Positions 8,904 to 18,068 of a stretch of 64,000 bases of DNA are shown piece by piece. The translations under genes and the position numbers were made by a program. The DNA is from Minisyncoccia bacterium. Lineage in GTDB: Bacteria; Patescibacteriota; Minisyncoccia; Phycocordibacterales; JAKFXT01. The notes beneath the pieces were generated by a model. That model did no database searches. It saw only the letters and a program-made list of their open reading frames with translations, and was not told where the DNA came from. The first letter of the stretch is position 1. Every line of letters starts with the position of its first letter. The stretch is taken from the NCBI GenBank assembly GCA_041485465.1, contig JBGPJO010000002.1, forward strand, positions 6,629 to 70,628, given 5' to 3'.

Positions 8904-9449
8904 ATGGAACAGATAAAAGAAAAAACAGCAAAAGCATTCAACGCGCTCAAAGGGAAACTTCATTATACAAATCCCATGCAGGCGCCGCGGCTTGTCAAAA
9001 TTGTTGTCTCAACCGGCGTTGGTTCGCTCAAGGATAAGAAAAAACTCGAACTCATTCTTGATCGCCTCTCTAAAATCACCGGACAAAAAGCTTCGCCGCG
9101 CGGGGCGAAGAAAGCGATAGCGACATTTAAAAGCCGGATTGGCGACATCGTCGGTTATCAGGTGACGCTTCGCGGATCGCGCATGAACGGATTTTTGGAC
9201 AAGTTTTTAAACGTCGCATTGCCCCGTACTAAAGATTTCAGGGGTCTCTCTCGGGGATCCGTTGATGAAATGGGCAATATTACTATCGGCATTAAGGAAC
9301 ACACTATTTTTCCGGAAACGGCGGACGAAGATTTGAAGGACGTCTTTGGCCTCTCGATCACAATCGTGACAACCGCCAAGTCGAAGGACGAGGCGCTCGC
9401 CTATTTGGAGCATCTCGGCTTTCCGTTACGGAAAGGCGAGAAAAAATAA
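8904..9449 (+). CDS. rplE: 50S ribosomal protein L5
   Basis: ITGQK, VTLRG, LPRTKDFRG, IFPE. Confidence 0.97.
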   Translation: MEQIKEKTAKAFNALKGKLHYTNPMQAPRLVKIVVSTGVGSLKDKKKLELILDRLSKITGQKASPRGAKKAIATFKSRIGDIVGYQVTLRGSRMNGFLDKFLNVALPRTKDFRGLSRGSVDEMGNITIGIKEHTIFPETADEDLKDVFGLSITIVTTAKSKDEALAYLEHLGFPLRKGEKK

Positions 9450-9460
9450 GGCTTCTTTGT

Positions 9461-9489
9461 TTGACAGAAGCTCTTTCGCTTGGTAGCAT
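9461..9489 (+). promoter_or_regulatory. Internal promoter for rpsN
   Basis: TTGACA-17-TAGCAT. Confidence 0.6.
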
Positions 9490-9544
9490 AGCGCAAAAGC
9501 GAAGAGACGCTTTTTATTTTTCGTCAAATTTTCACCTGCTTTTT

Positions 9545-9730
9545 ATGGCAAAAACATCAACTAAATATCGCGCCACGAGGAAGCCGAAATTCAAGTCGCG
9601 TGTTGTTCGGCGTTGTTTCAAATGTGGCAGAAAGCGCGCCTTCATGCAGGACTTCAACCTCTGCCGTATCTGTTTCAGAGAACTCGCAAACGAGGGTAAA
9701 ATTCCCGGTATCAAAAAATCATCATGGTAA
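9545..9730 (+). CDS. rpsN: 30S ribosomal protein S14, zinc-binding type
   Basis: RCFKCGR...LCRICFRE; ATG 9545. Confidence 0.96.
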   Translation: MAKTSTKYRATRKPKFKSRVVRRCFKCGRKRAFMQDFNLCRICFRELANEGKIPGIKKSSW

Positions 9731-10116
9731 GCGACCCGATTGCAGATTTAATAAACCGATTAAAAACCGCGCAGATGGCGGGGAGGCCTTCGATTTCGGT
9801 TCCGTTTTCAAACTTGAAATTCGCGATTGCGGAGTTACTCGCGCGTCATGGTTTTGTCGGTGAGGTTTCAAAGCGCGGTAAGAAAGTCAAGAAGTACGTT
9901 GATCTTACATTAAAATATGAAGAGGGGAGGCCAGAAGTTTCCGGTGTGAAGCGTCTCTCAAAGCCTTCGAAAAGAGTATACCTCGGGGCTTCAGATATAA
10001 GACCGGTAAAATATGGTCACGGACTCCTGGTGCTCTCGACTCCAAAAGGTCTCCTGACCGATAAAGAAGCCCGTAAAGAAAAAGTCGGAGGAGAAGCCCT
10101 TTTTTCCATCTGGTAA
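9724..10116 (+). CDS. rpsH: 30S ribosomal protein S8
   Basis: DPIAD, SKPSKRVY, STPKG, GGE. Confidence 0.98.
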   Translation: MVSDPIADLINRLKTAQMAGRPSISVPFSNLKFAIAELLARHGFVGEVSKRGKKVKKYVDLTLKYEEGRPEVSGVKRLSKPSKRVYLGASDIRPVKYGHGLLVLSTPKGLLTDKEARKEKVGGEALFSIW

Positions 10117-10121
10117 TAATT

Positions 10122-10652
10122 ATGTCGCGAATCGCAAAACAACCGATTAAGATTCCGGAAAAAACCGAAGTTAATGTTTCGGGCGGTCAGGTGACGATTA
10201 AAGGCCCGAATGGGCAGCTTTCGCGCACGTTCGGAAATGAGGTGATGATTTCGGTACAAGGTGGCGAGATCACCCTTACCCCGAAAGAAGACATAACAAA
10301 TATCGCGCTGTGGGGAACGTACGCTTCACACATCAAGAACATGCTTGCCGGAGTGAACAAGTCTTTTTCAAAAGAACTCGTTCTTGAAGGTATCGGGTTC
10401 AAATCCGAAGTATCGGGGGATACACTGACGCTCGCGCTCGGATTTTCCCATCCAGTAAAAATAAAAATTCCCAAGACCTTGGAGGTAACTGCAGAAAAAA
10501 ACATCATCACGATTACCGGCCCTGACATTGAGGAAGTCGGACGGTTCACCGCCTTCGTTCGCGATCAAAAAAAGCCGGAGCCGTATAAAGGCAAGGGACT
10601 CCGCTATCGCGATGAAGTGATACGGCGCAAAGTCGGCAAGAAAACCGTCTAA
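10122..10652 (+). CDS. rplF: 50S ribosomal protein L6
   Basis: MSRIAK, LGFSHP, PEPYKGKG. Confidence 0.98.
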   Translation: MSRIAKQPIKIPEKTEVNVSGGQVTIKGPNGQLSRTFGNEVMISVQGGEITLTPKEDITNIALWGTYASHIKNMLAGVNKSFSKELVLEGIGFKSEVSGDTLTLALGFSHPVKIKIPKTLEVTAEKNIITITGPDIEEVGRFTAFVRDQKKPEPYKGKGLRYRDEVIRRKVGKKTV

Positions 10653-10655
10653 AAC

Positions 10656-11006
10656 ATGAAAACATCACAAACAAAAAAAATAAAAAGAAATCGACGGCAC
10701 GCCCGAGTGCGTGCCAAAGTTTTTGGTACCGAAACTCGTCCGCGGCTCGCTGTCTTCAAATCGAATCGCTACATTTACGCTCAAATTATAAATGACGAAA
10801 AGGGAAAGACACTCGTCGCGGCATCATCTCTTAAAGACAAGAAAGGCACGATGCGTGAAAAGGCTGAGAACGTCGGTAAAAAAATAGCCGCTCACGCACT
10901 TCAGAAAAAAATCAAGAAAGTCGTTTTCGATCGCGGAGGATTTCTCTATGCAGGGAATATTAAAGTGCTTGCGGAGAGCGCGCGATCGGAAGGGCTTTCA
11001 TTTTAA
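10656..11006 (+). CDS. rplR: 50S ribosomal protein L18
   Basis: [16 protein letters not shown]. Confidence 0.98.
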   Translation: MKTSQTKKIKRNRRHARVRAKVFGTETRPRLAVFKSNRYIYAQIINDEKGKTLVAASSLKDKKGTMREKAENVGKKIAAHALQKKIKKVVFDRGGFLYAGNIKVLAESARSEGLSF

Positions 11007-11015
11007 ATTTTATCC

Positions 11016-11633
11016 ATGGATGAAGAAAAACAATTAATCACAGAAGAGACCCCCACAGAAGCGGTGCCGACCGTTGAGGCTACGCCGATCCCCACTCCCG
11101 CCCCTGTTTCAGAGACTCCGCGAATGGATAGGAGAGGCGAGCGGGGATCGAGGAAAAATCTTCGCCGCCCTCCTCGCCGTGCCGAGCGGGCACGCCCTGA
11201 ATTTGATCAAAAAATTCTTTCGCTCCGCCGGGTAACACGCGTTGTCGCCGGCGGTCGCCGCTTCAGCTTTGCTGTTTCGCTCGTTGCCGGAAACAGAAAG
11301 GGTATGGTTGGTGTCGGGACGGGAAAAGCGGGGGATACCGCGCTTGCGATTGAAAAAGCCTTTCGTGAAGCCAAAAAAAATATGCGAATGATTCCGCTCA
11401 CCAAAAGCATGTCGGTACCGCACGACACTGAAGCGAAATACGCAAGCTCCATCGTTAGAATCATGCCTGCCCCCGGGCGTGGTATTGTCGCGGGCGGAGC
11501 GGTCAGGAGCATCCTTGAATACGCGGGCATTAAAGATGTCGGCGCAAAGGTTCTCTCGAGAAGCAAGAATGCCCTGAATAACGCACGGGCAGCGCTCAAA
11601 GCGCTTGAGCTGATGCATCCGCGCAAGAAATAA
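11016..11633 (+). CDS. rpsE: 30S ribosomal protein S5, long N-terminal extension
   Basis: RVTRVVAGGRRFSF, PAPGRGIVAGG. Confidence 0.98.
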   Translation: MDEEKQLITEETPTEAVPTVEATPIPTPAPVSETPRMDRRGERGSRKNLRRPPRRAERARPEFDQKILSLRRVTRVVAGGRRFSFAVSLVAGNRKGMVGVGTGKAGDTALAIEKAFREAKKNMRMIPLTKSMSVPHDTEAKYASSIVRIMPAPGRGIVAGGAVRSILEYAGIKDVGAKVLSRSKNALNNARAALKALELMHPRKK

Positions 11634-11639
11634 ATCTCT

Positions 11640-12080
11640 ATGCAACTTCACCAAATCAAAAGAAGGACAAAAAATAAAAAGCGGGCGGCAGTCGGCCGCG
11701 GTGGAAGGCGCGGTAAGACGTCAGGCCGCGGCACCAAAGGCCAGAAAGCGCGGGCCGGACACAAATTGCGCCCCGAGCTTCGGGATATCATTAAACGTCT
11801 CCCGAAAATACGCGGCCGCGGTAAAAATTCTTTTAAGTCGATTACGGAAAAACCCTTTGTCATCAATATCGATCGTTTGGTAAAAATCTTCGAGAAAGGA
11901 GAGGCAATAAGTCCCGAATCGCTTACTGCGAAAGGCATTGTCAGGATGGTTAATAGTCGCTCGCCGCGAATTAAAATTTTAGGCGACGGGGAGGCGACAA
12001 AAGCGCTCACCATTGTCAACTGCCAAGTTTCGCTTCCGGCGAAAATTAAAATCGAAAAGGCTGGCGGCTCTATTTCTTAA
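11640..12080 (+). CDS. rplO: 50S ribosomal protein L15
   Basis: GRGG..GKTSGRGTKGQKAR, KILGDG. Confidence 0.97.
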   Translation: MQLHQIKRRTKNKKRAAVGRGGRRGKTSGRGTKGQKARAGHKLRPELRDIIKRLPKIRGRGKNSFKSITEKPFVINIDRLVKIFEKGEAISPESLTAKGIVRMVNSRSPRIKILGDGEATKALTIVNCQVSLPAKIKIEKAGGSIS

Positions 12081-12083
12081 TCT

Positions 12084-13355
12084 ATGGAAACACTTCTCTC
12101 AAAATTATCTCTTGTTATAAAGGATAGAAGTCTCCGTAATCGTCTTTTTTTCCTGCTCGGTATGCTTGCCTTGTTTCGCGTTCTTGCGACTATTCCTGTG
12201 CCGGGGGTTGATGTTACACGACTTCACCAGCTTTTTTCCAATAACCAGCTTCTCGGACTGCTCAATATTTTCTCCGGCGGTGGGCTTAACAATCTCTCGA
12301 TTATTATGCTTGGTGTCGGACCGTACATCACCGCTTCAATCATCATGCAGCTTTTGACGGTACTCTCTCCGAGATTGAAAAAACTCTACATGGAAGAAGG
12401 GGAAGCCGGACGAAAGCGCTTCGGCCAATACTCGCGGATTTTGACGGTGCCACTCGCACTTATCCAGGGTTTTGGCTTTTTGGTGCTTTTGGGACGTCAG
12501 GGTATTATCGGAAGTCTTACTCCTTTTGATTTTGGCGTTAACCTTGCCGTTATTACCGGCGGCTCGCTCCTTCTCATGTGGTTGGGAGAGCTTATCACCG
12601 AATTCGGCATTGGAAACGGCGTCTCGATTATCATCTTTGCGGGTATTGTCGCTCGCCTTCCAACGGATCTCTCTCAGCTCATCTTTGCCTTTGACCCTTC
12701 CCAGATTCCTCTCTATATCGCTTTTGTCGCGATTGCCATTGTCATTATTGCCGCGGTTGTAATGGTGACCGAAGCCGAGCGCCCGATTCCCGTCACCTAT
12801 GCGCGCCGCGTTCGCGGCTCGAAAGTCTACGGCGGTATCTCGACCTATTTGCCTCTTCGGGTCAATCAGGCGGGTGTTATCCCGATTATCTTTGCGCTCT
12901 CGCTCCTTCTTTTCCCCCAGTTGATTTTCAATTTCCTCGCTCAGGCAGGCAATGCCATTTTGAATAAAATAGGAACGATAGCTTCAGGAGCGCTTGGCAA
13001 TCAATGGATTTATGGCGGTCTCTACTTTCTTCTTGTGTTCATCTTCACCTATTTCTATACGGCGGTGACATTCGATCCCGATTCAATATCGAACAATCTT
13101 CAGAAAAGTGGCGCCTTCATTCCTGGCGTTCGGCCCGGCCCCTCAACGTCGGCTCATATCAGTAAGATTCTCGTTCGGATTACCTTTGTTGGCGCTCTCT
13201 TTCTTGCCGTTATCGCCATTCTTCCCTTGGTGATGCGCGGGGTTAGTGGTATTCAAGGCCTTGCGCTTGGCGGCACGGCGCTCCTTATCGTCGTCTCTGT
13301 CGTTCTTGATCTCATCAGAAAAATCGACGCCCAGGTTTCGATGCGTGAGTACTAA
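12084..13355 (+). CDS. secY: Preprotein translocase SecY
   Basis: LGVGPYITASIIMQLL, GIGNGVS, AGVIPIIFA, FIPGVRPG. Confidence 0.99.
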   Translation: METLLSKLSLVIKDRSLRNRLFFLLGMLALFRVLATIPVPGVDVTRLHQLFSNNQLLGLLNIFSGGGLNNLSIIMLGVGPYITASIIMQLLTVLSPRLKKLYMEEGEAGRKRFGQYSRILTVPLALIQGFGFLVLLGRQGIIGSLTPFDFGVNLAVITGGSLLLMWLGELITEFGIGNGVSIIIFAGIVARLPTDLSQLIFAFDPSQIPLYIAFVAIAIVIIAAVVMVTEAERPIPVTYARRVRGSKVYGGISTYLPLRVNQAGVIPIIFALSLLLFPQLIFNFLAQAGNAILNKIGTIASGALGNQWIYGGLYFLLVFIFTYFYTAVTFDPDSISNNLQKSGAFIPGVRPGPSTSAHISKILVRITFVGALFLAVIAILPLVMRGVSGIQGLALGGTALLIVVSVVLDLIRKIDAQVSMREY

Positions 13356-13385
13356 AAGCGTTACCTCTCTGTTACTATAGGGCTC

Positions 13386-13982
13386 ATGAATCCGCAAACG
13401 TTTATATTTATCGGGCGCTCTGGTTGCGGAAAAGGCACTCAAGCAAAGCTTTTAATCGACTATCTCAAAGGGCACGACCAGGCGCACTCTGTTTTTTATC
13501 TTGAATCGGGCGCGGTGTTTCGAAAGCTGATAGCGGAAAATACCCACACAGCAAAATTGGCAAAAAGAATTTATGAGGCCGGAGGCCTTCAGCCGGAATT
13601 TTTAGCCGTATGGGTCTGGGCGAACCTTCTTATTGATACTATGACCGGCGAAGAACACTTGGTGATTGACGGTACACCGCGTAAGCCGCGCGAAGCTCAT
13701 GTCCTTGATTCCGCCTTTAAATTTTACAAGCGCGAGAAACCAACCGTGGTACATCTTGATGTCTCCCGCGAGTGGTCAGTTTCAAAATTAACCGACAGGA
13801 ATCGTCCTGATGATAATCCCGGTGACATTGAAGCACGACTCAATTGGTTTGAGAGCGAGGTTATGCCTGCAATCAATTTTTTCAGAGGAAATTCATATTA
13901 TCGGGTACTTGATATAAATGGCGAGCAGCCGATTGAAAAAGTGCACGCTGATGTTGTAGCTTCAATTGAATGGCCAAAGTAA
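13386..13982 (+). CDS. adk: Adenylate/NMP kinase, short LID-less type
   Basis: GRSGCGKGTQA P-loop, IDGTPR; follows secY. Confidence 0.85.
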   Translation: MNPQTFIFIGRSGCGKGTQAKLLIDYLKGHDQAHSVFYLESGAVFRKLIAENTHTAKLAKRIYEAGGLQPEFLAVWVWANLLIDTMTGEEHLVIDGTPRKPREAHVLDSAFKFYKREKPTVVHLDVSREWSVSKLTDRNRPDDNPGDIEARLNWFESEVMPAINFFRGNSYYRVLDINGEQPIEKVHADVVASIEWPK

Positions 13983-14737
13983 AAAAAGAGGAAGAAATAA
14001 AAATTATGCGTGAGGGGGGTAAACGTCTTGCTTCCGTATTGCGCGAGGTTGTTGGCATTGTAAAAGTTGGGGTGAGTACGGACGAACTCAATACCCTTGC
14101 TGAGAAAAAAATTCGCGAGAGGGGTGATGAGCCGGCATTTTTAGACTACACGCCGTGGGGCGCCAATCGACCGTATCCGGCGACACTCTGTGTTTCTCTG
14201 AACGATGAAGTGGTCCACGGCATACCGAACGAAAGAAAAAGAATCCTAAAAGAAGGAGATATCGTCAGCCTCGATATAGGCCTGAAACACAATGGATTAT
14301 ACGTCGATATGGCGGTTACGGTTCCTGTCGGGAAAATCGATGAAAAAGCGAAGAAACTAATCGAAGCGACAAAAGAGTCCCTCAATCGCGCGATTGCCGT
14401 CTGTCGGGACGGGGCCGACTTGAACGACATTGGCCGGGCGATTGAAAAATACGCAAAGCCGTTCGGCTACGGAATCGTTGAGGATTTGGGAGGACATGGT
14501 GTCGGGCGAAAAGTCCATGAGCCGCCCTATATTCAGAATTATGCGGTCAAAGGGCAGAGTGAAAAACTAAAAACAGGCATGACGCTTGCACTTGAGCCGA
14601 TGTTAAATGAAGGCACACCTGAGGTGGTGCTTGACAAAGACGGCTATACGTATAAAACCGCTGACGGGAAGAGGAGCGCTCACTTTGAGCATACGATCGT
14701 TATTACACAAAACGGGGCGGAGATTTTGACAAAATAG
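13970..14737 (+). CDS. map: Methionine aminopeptidase type I
   Basis: NDEVVHGIP, GHGVG, HEPP, EPM, SAHFEHT. Confidence 0.98.
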   Translation: MAKVKKEEEIKIMREGGKRLASVLREVVGIVKVGVSTDELNTLAEKKIRERGDEPAFLDYTPWGANRPYPATLCVSLNDEVVHGIPNERKRILKEGDIVSLDIGLKHNGLYVDMAVTVPVGKIDEKAKKLIEATKESLNRAIAVCRDGADLNDIGRAIEKYAKPFGYGIVEDLGGHGVGRKVHEPPYIQNYAVKGQSEKLKTGMTLALEPMLNEGTPEVVLDKDGYTYKTADGKRSAHFEHTIVITQNGAEILTK

Positions 14738-14780
14738 TTTTGAAATTAATTTATACGATATATTATAAATTTGAGAAAAT

Positions 14781-14821
14781 AAAAGGACCCGTGCGCGAGG
14801 AGGAAGTTTGCGCACGGGTCC
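14781..14821 (-). terminator. Intrinsic terminator on the minus strand
   Basis: 12-bp GGACCCGTGCGC/GCGCACGGGTCC stem, A-run at 14781-14784. Confidence 0.65.
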
Positions 14822-14890
14822 CGGGTTGTGTGGTCGGCCTAGTGGCCGTTGACGTCGCCATGGAGCGATGTGAGAATTTGGAATCCCACA

Positions 14891-14974
14891 TCAGTCTCCC
14901 TCATCGTTGTTTGGGAGAACAGCCACCCTGTCAACGCCGACGATGTCACCATCAACGGGCAAAAGCTGTTTCAT
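14891..14974 (-). CDS. Putative 27-aa peptide MKQLLPVDGDIVGVDRVAVLPNNDEGD
   Basis: Hand translation; SD AAGGAGGTG (14987-14979); promoter TTGCGT-17-TATCAT (15025-14997). Confidence 0.45.
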   Translation of the reverse strand: MKQLLPVDGDIVGVDRVAVLPNNDEGD

Positions 14975-15072
14975 CGCACACCTCCTTCCAAAATTAATGA
15001 TACTTTTTTTCTTTTTCTTACGCAACAGAAGTTCTGACTTTGTTATAAAAAAGCGGTTCCATGCGGAACCGC

Positions 15073-15354
15073 CTAGTTCTCCATGTCATGGAGAGTATTG
15101 ATATCTTGCTGGGTTAAGTTATTTTCTTCTTCCCAACTGAAATGTCCGTGGCAACGTGGGCAAAGCCTGCCAGGTTGCCACAACAAGTATTTGAAGAGTC
15201 GCCGCAACCTATTTTCATAAGAGATCGGTAATCCCCATTCCCCGACATATCGTTGTCCTGCACAGCGCCAGCACCACTTGATCCGCCGAAATTCATCTCC
15301 GGCACTTCTTAGCTTGAAGCGGAATAACCAGTAAAATTTCACCCAAGATTTCAT
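15073..15354 (-). CDS. Hypothetical protein with two CxxC motifs, putative Zn finger
   Basis: GAGGAGG before ATG 15354; CWRC and CPRC; terminator at 15047-15072. Confidence 0.65.
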   Translation of the reverse strand: MKSWVKFYWLFRFKLRSAGDEFRRIKWCWRCAGQRYVGEWGLPISYENRLRRLFKYLLWQPGRLCPRCHGHFSWEEENNLTQQDINTLHDMEN

Positions 15355-15432
15355 TTTGAACCTCCTCTTTCGGAGGCTAGCAAAATTTGCAAATAATACA
15401 AGGAACGCTATAATACCGAGCATTATTTTGAT

Positions 15433-16038
15433 ATGGCCCACATCAAAGAAGAAAAAACACTTGTCGTGACGAAGCCCGATACCCTTCAGAGGACTCTTCT
15501 CGGAGAGATCATAAAGCGCTATGAGCGTCTCGGATTAAAGCTTGTCGGCATGAAGATGCTTGTACCGAAAGCTGACTTTATTGAAAAACACTACACCCTT
15601 GATCCCAATTGGCGACGCATTACCGGAGAGAAAGCCATTAAAGGCTACAAAGATAAGGGACTGACGCCGCCATCTGAAGACCCGCTTGAAATCACTGCTG
15701 TGGTTCTTGAGAATCTGAAAAAATATATGACGAGCGGGCCGGTCATTGCCATGGTTTGGCAGGGGGCGCATGCGGTAAAGATCGTCCGCAAAGTGACTGG
15801 TGGCACCGAACCCCTTTCGTCCGACGTCGGTACTATTCGCGGCGATTTTGTCATAGATTCGTACCAGATATCGGATACCGATAAGCGCGCTGTGAGAAAC
15901 CTTGTCCATGCCTCGGGGTCGCCGGAAGAAGCAGAGCTTGAAATACGGCACTGGTTTGAGGATGGAGAGCTTATCAAGTATCGCTTGGTGCAGGATGAGA
16001 TTCTCTACGACGTCAATTTAGACGGCATTCTCGAATAG
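15433..16038 (+). CDS. ndk: Nucleoside diphosphate kinase
   Basis: TLVVTKPD, MTSGPV, GTIRGDF, NLVHASGS. Confidence 0.96.
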   Translation: MAHIKEEKTLVVTKPDTLQRTLLGEIIKRYERLGLKLVGMKMLVPKADFIEKHYTLDPNWRRITGEKAIKGYKDKGLTPPSEDPLEITAVVLENLKKYMTSGPVIAMVWQGAHAVKIVRKVTGGTEPLSSDVGTIRGDFVIDSYQISDTDKRAVRNLVHASGSPEEAELEIRHWFEDGELIKYRLVQDEILYDVNLDGILE

Positions 16039-16078
16039 ATTTTCTTGACAATCAATTACCTCGGCGAGACAATATAAA

Positions 16079-16198
16079 AGGATCATTCGCATATTATCCA
16101 CAAAACAATTTTTAGGGATCCTCAGATAAAATAAACCGTGGTTTGTTTTTGCGGGAACCCACCTAAGTTTTTCTTAGGGTAATTATGCAGATGGTCCT
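16079..16198 (+). ncRNA. Candidate 6S-like RNA (rod with central bubble)
   Basis: No ORF; promoter TTGACA-17-GACAAT upstream, terminator at 16200-16235; 5' and 3' ends pair over about 20 bp; apical stem present. Confidence 0.6.
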
Positions 16199-16199
16199 C

Positions 16200-16235
16200 A
16201 TGAAAACCCGACGGTAAGCGTCGGGTTTTCATTTC
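16200..16235 (+). terminator. Intrinsic terminator
   Basis: ATGAAAACCCGACG/CGTCGGGTTTTCAT 14-bp stem. Confidence 0.75.
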
Positions 16236-16271
16236 TCGGATGGACCAAGGAGAGGGTATAATAAGCCTTCT

Positions 16272-16676
16272 ATGCAGGGGAAATCATTTCTTACATTCTT
16301 CTTTTTCCTCTCGATTATTATCGGACTTTTTCAAGTTATTGCCGTTAGGTTAAATTTGTACTTCGAATTACCCTGGTCTGACAGCGTCATTCACTTCTTG
16401 GGAGGAATTTGGGTTGCCTCCGCCGCTTTTGTTTTTTATCGGTTTGCTAAAAGCGATTCCGTTGTTAAGGAGAAAACGATCTATGCTCTTCTTCTCGCCG
16501 CCGCCCTTACTGTCGGGATTTTTTGGGAGTGTATAGAATTATATCTCGGGGTGACTTTTACAAGGACTTCCCACTATTTTTTAAACGCCGCTTCGGACAT
16601 ATTTTTTGATATTCTGGGAGCACTTCTCGCTTCTTATTTGATTGTAAGCTGGTATCAACGTCATGAGAGAATCTAA
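16272..16676 (+). CDS. Small 4-TM membrane protein
   Basis: Hydrophobic helices; HFLGG, WE, D..D..G pattern. Confidence 0.8.
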   Translation: MQGKSFLTFFFFLSIIIGLFQVIAVRLNLYFELPWSDSVIHFLGGIWVASAAFVFYRFAKSDSVVKEKTIYALLLAAALTVGIFWECIELYLGVTFTRTSHYFLNAASDIFFDILGALLASYLIVSWYQRHERI

Positions 16677-18027
16677 ACTCACTTTCATAAGCGGAGTCGG
16701 GGAAGTAACCGGCTCGAATTTTCTTGTCGAGGGCGGGGGTGTGAAAATTCTTGTCGACTGCGGGTTAATTCAGGGCGTGCAATTTGCCGAGAAAGAAAAT
16801 AGGTCTTCTTTTCCGTATGATCCCCGAGCAATAGATTTTCTGATTGTCACTCATGCCCACCTTGATCATATTGGCCGGATTCCGAAACTCGTTAAAGACG
16901 GTTTTCGCGGCGTGATTTATAGCACTGAGGTGACGCGACAGATTGCCGAACCGATGTTTGAAGATGCTCTCTCACTTCTTGGCATGGAAGCGCGACGGGA
17001 AGGAGTGCTGCCGCTTTACGAGAAAAAAGATGTCGAGGATGCTCTTTCTTTGTGGCGAGGCGTTTCTTATCATAAAGAAGTTTCTCTTAAAGATGGTTTT
17101 TCTTTTTATCTTAAGGATGCGGGACATATTTTGGGTTCGGCGATGGTCGAGCTTCGGCGTGATGACAAAAAAATTGTTTTCACGGGTGATCTCGGTAATT
17201 CCCCCTCACTGCTTCTTAAAGATACGGAAGTTGTCGACGATGCTGATTATTTAGTGATGGAAAGCGTATATGGCGATCGGAATCATGAGCCGAAAGACGA
17301 GCGCGATCGTCGTTTCGCCGAGGTAGTACGAGAGACAATCGCCCGCGGCGGAGTGGTAGTGATACCCGCATTTTCGCTTGAGCGCACCCAAAATATCCTC
17401 TATTCCCTCAACAACCTGGTCGAGAGCGGCCAGATTCCGTCCGTTCCGGTTTTTCTCGATTCACCTCTTGCGATCAAAGTGACGGAGATTTACAAACGGG
17501 AGGTGGGAGATTTTAAAAAAGAGGTACAGGAAGAAATACGGGGCGGAGACGATATCTTCAACTTTCCGAAACTCTCCTTTACCCTCACAAACCATGAGTC
17601 AAACGCAATCAGTCACGTCAAAGGGCCCAAAATAATTCTTGCCGGCTCCGGCATGTCCGCGGGTGGCCGAGTGACGAAACACGAAAAGGAATTCCTGCCT
17701 GACCCAAAGAGCACCATCCTTCTCGTCGGTTACCAGTCAATCGGAACCGTCGGCCGTTCTCTTGAAAATAAAGTGAAAGAGATTTCGATAGAGGGGCAGG
17801 AGATTACCGTTCGGGCTCATATCGAGAATATTCGGGGTTTTTCGTCTCATAAAGATTCCGATTCGCTTATTAATTTTGCGGCGGAAACCAAAGGCAGAGT
17901 CAAAAAAATATTTGTGGTGATGGGAGAGCCGAAAGCATCGCTTTTTTTAGTTCAGCGTCTTCGTGACTATGCCGATCTTCCGGCGCTCTACCCAGAGCGT
18001 GGCGTGCCCTATCCGCTTGAGCTCTGA
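16663..18027 (+). CDS. MBL-fold beta-CASP nuclease
   Basis: EVTGS, THAHLDHIG, AGHILGS, TGDLG, MESVYG, FSSH. Confidence 0.93.
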   Translation: MRESKLTFISGVGEVTGSNFLVEGGGVKILVDCGLIQGVQFAEKENRSSFPYDPRAIDFLIVTHAHLDHIGRIPKLVKDGFRGVIYSTEVTRQIAEPMFEDALSLLGMEARREGVLPLYEKKDVEDALSLWRGVSYHKEVSLKDGFSFYLKDAGHILGSAMVELRRDDKKIVFTGDLGNSPSLLLKDTEVVDDADYLVMESVYGDRNHEPKDERDRRFAEVVRETIARGGVVVIPAFSLERTQNILYSLNNLVESGQIPSVPVFLDSPLAIKVTEIYKREVGDFKKEVQEEIRGGDDIFNFPKLSFTLTNHESNAISHVKGPKIILAGSGMSAGGRVTKHEKEFLPDPKSTILLVGYQSIGTVGRSLENKVKEISIEGQEITVRAHIENIRGFSSHKDSDSLINFAAETKGRVKKIFVVMGEPKASLFLVQRLRDYADLPALYPERGVPYPLEL

Positions 18028-18068
18028 ATTCAATAAAGTTTTAGTGCGCCATGGTACAATAGTTTTCT

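Noticed and set aside
891-14430. Many antisense or off-frame ORFs over tuf and the r-protein genes
   Set aside because: They overlap well-conserved genes and have no motifs; shadow ORFs.
14740-15101. Plus-strand ORFs 14740..14997, 14849..15037, 14907..15101
   Set aside because: TTG starts without supporting signals; promoter, SD and terminator all point to minus-strand units.
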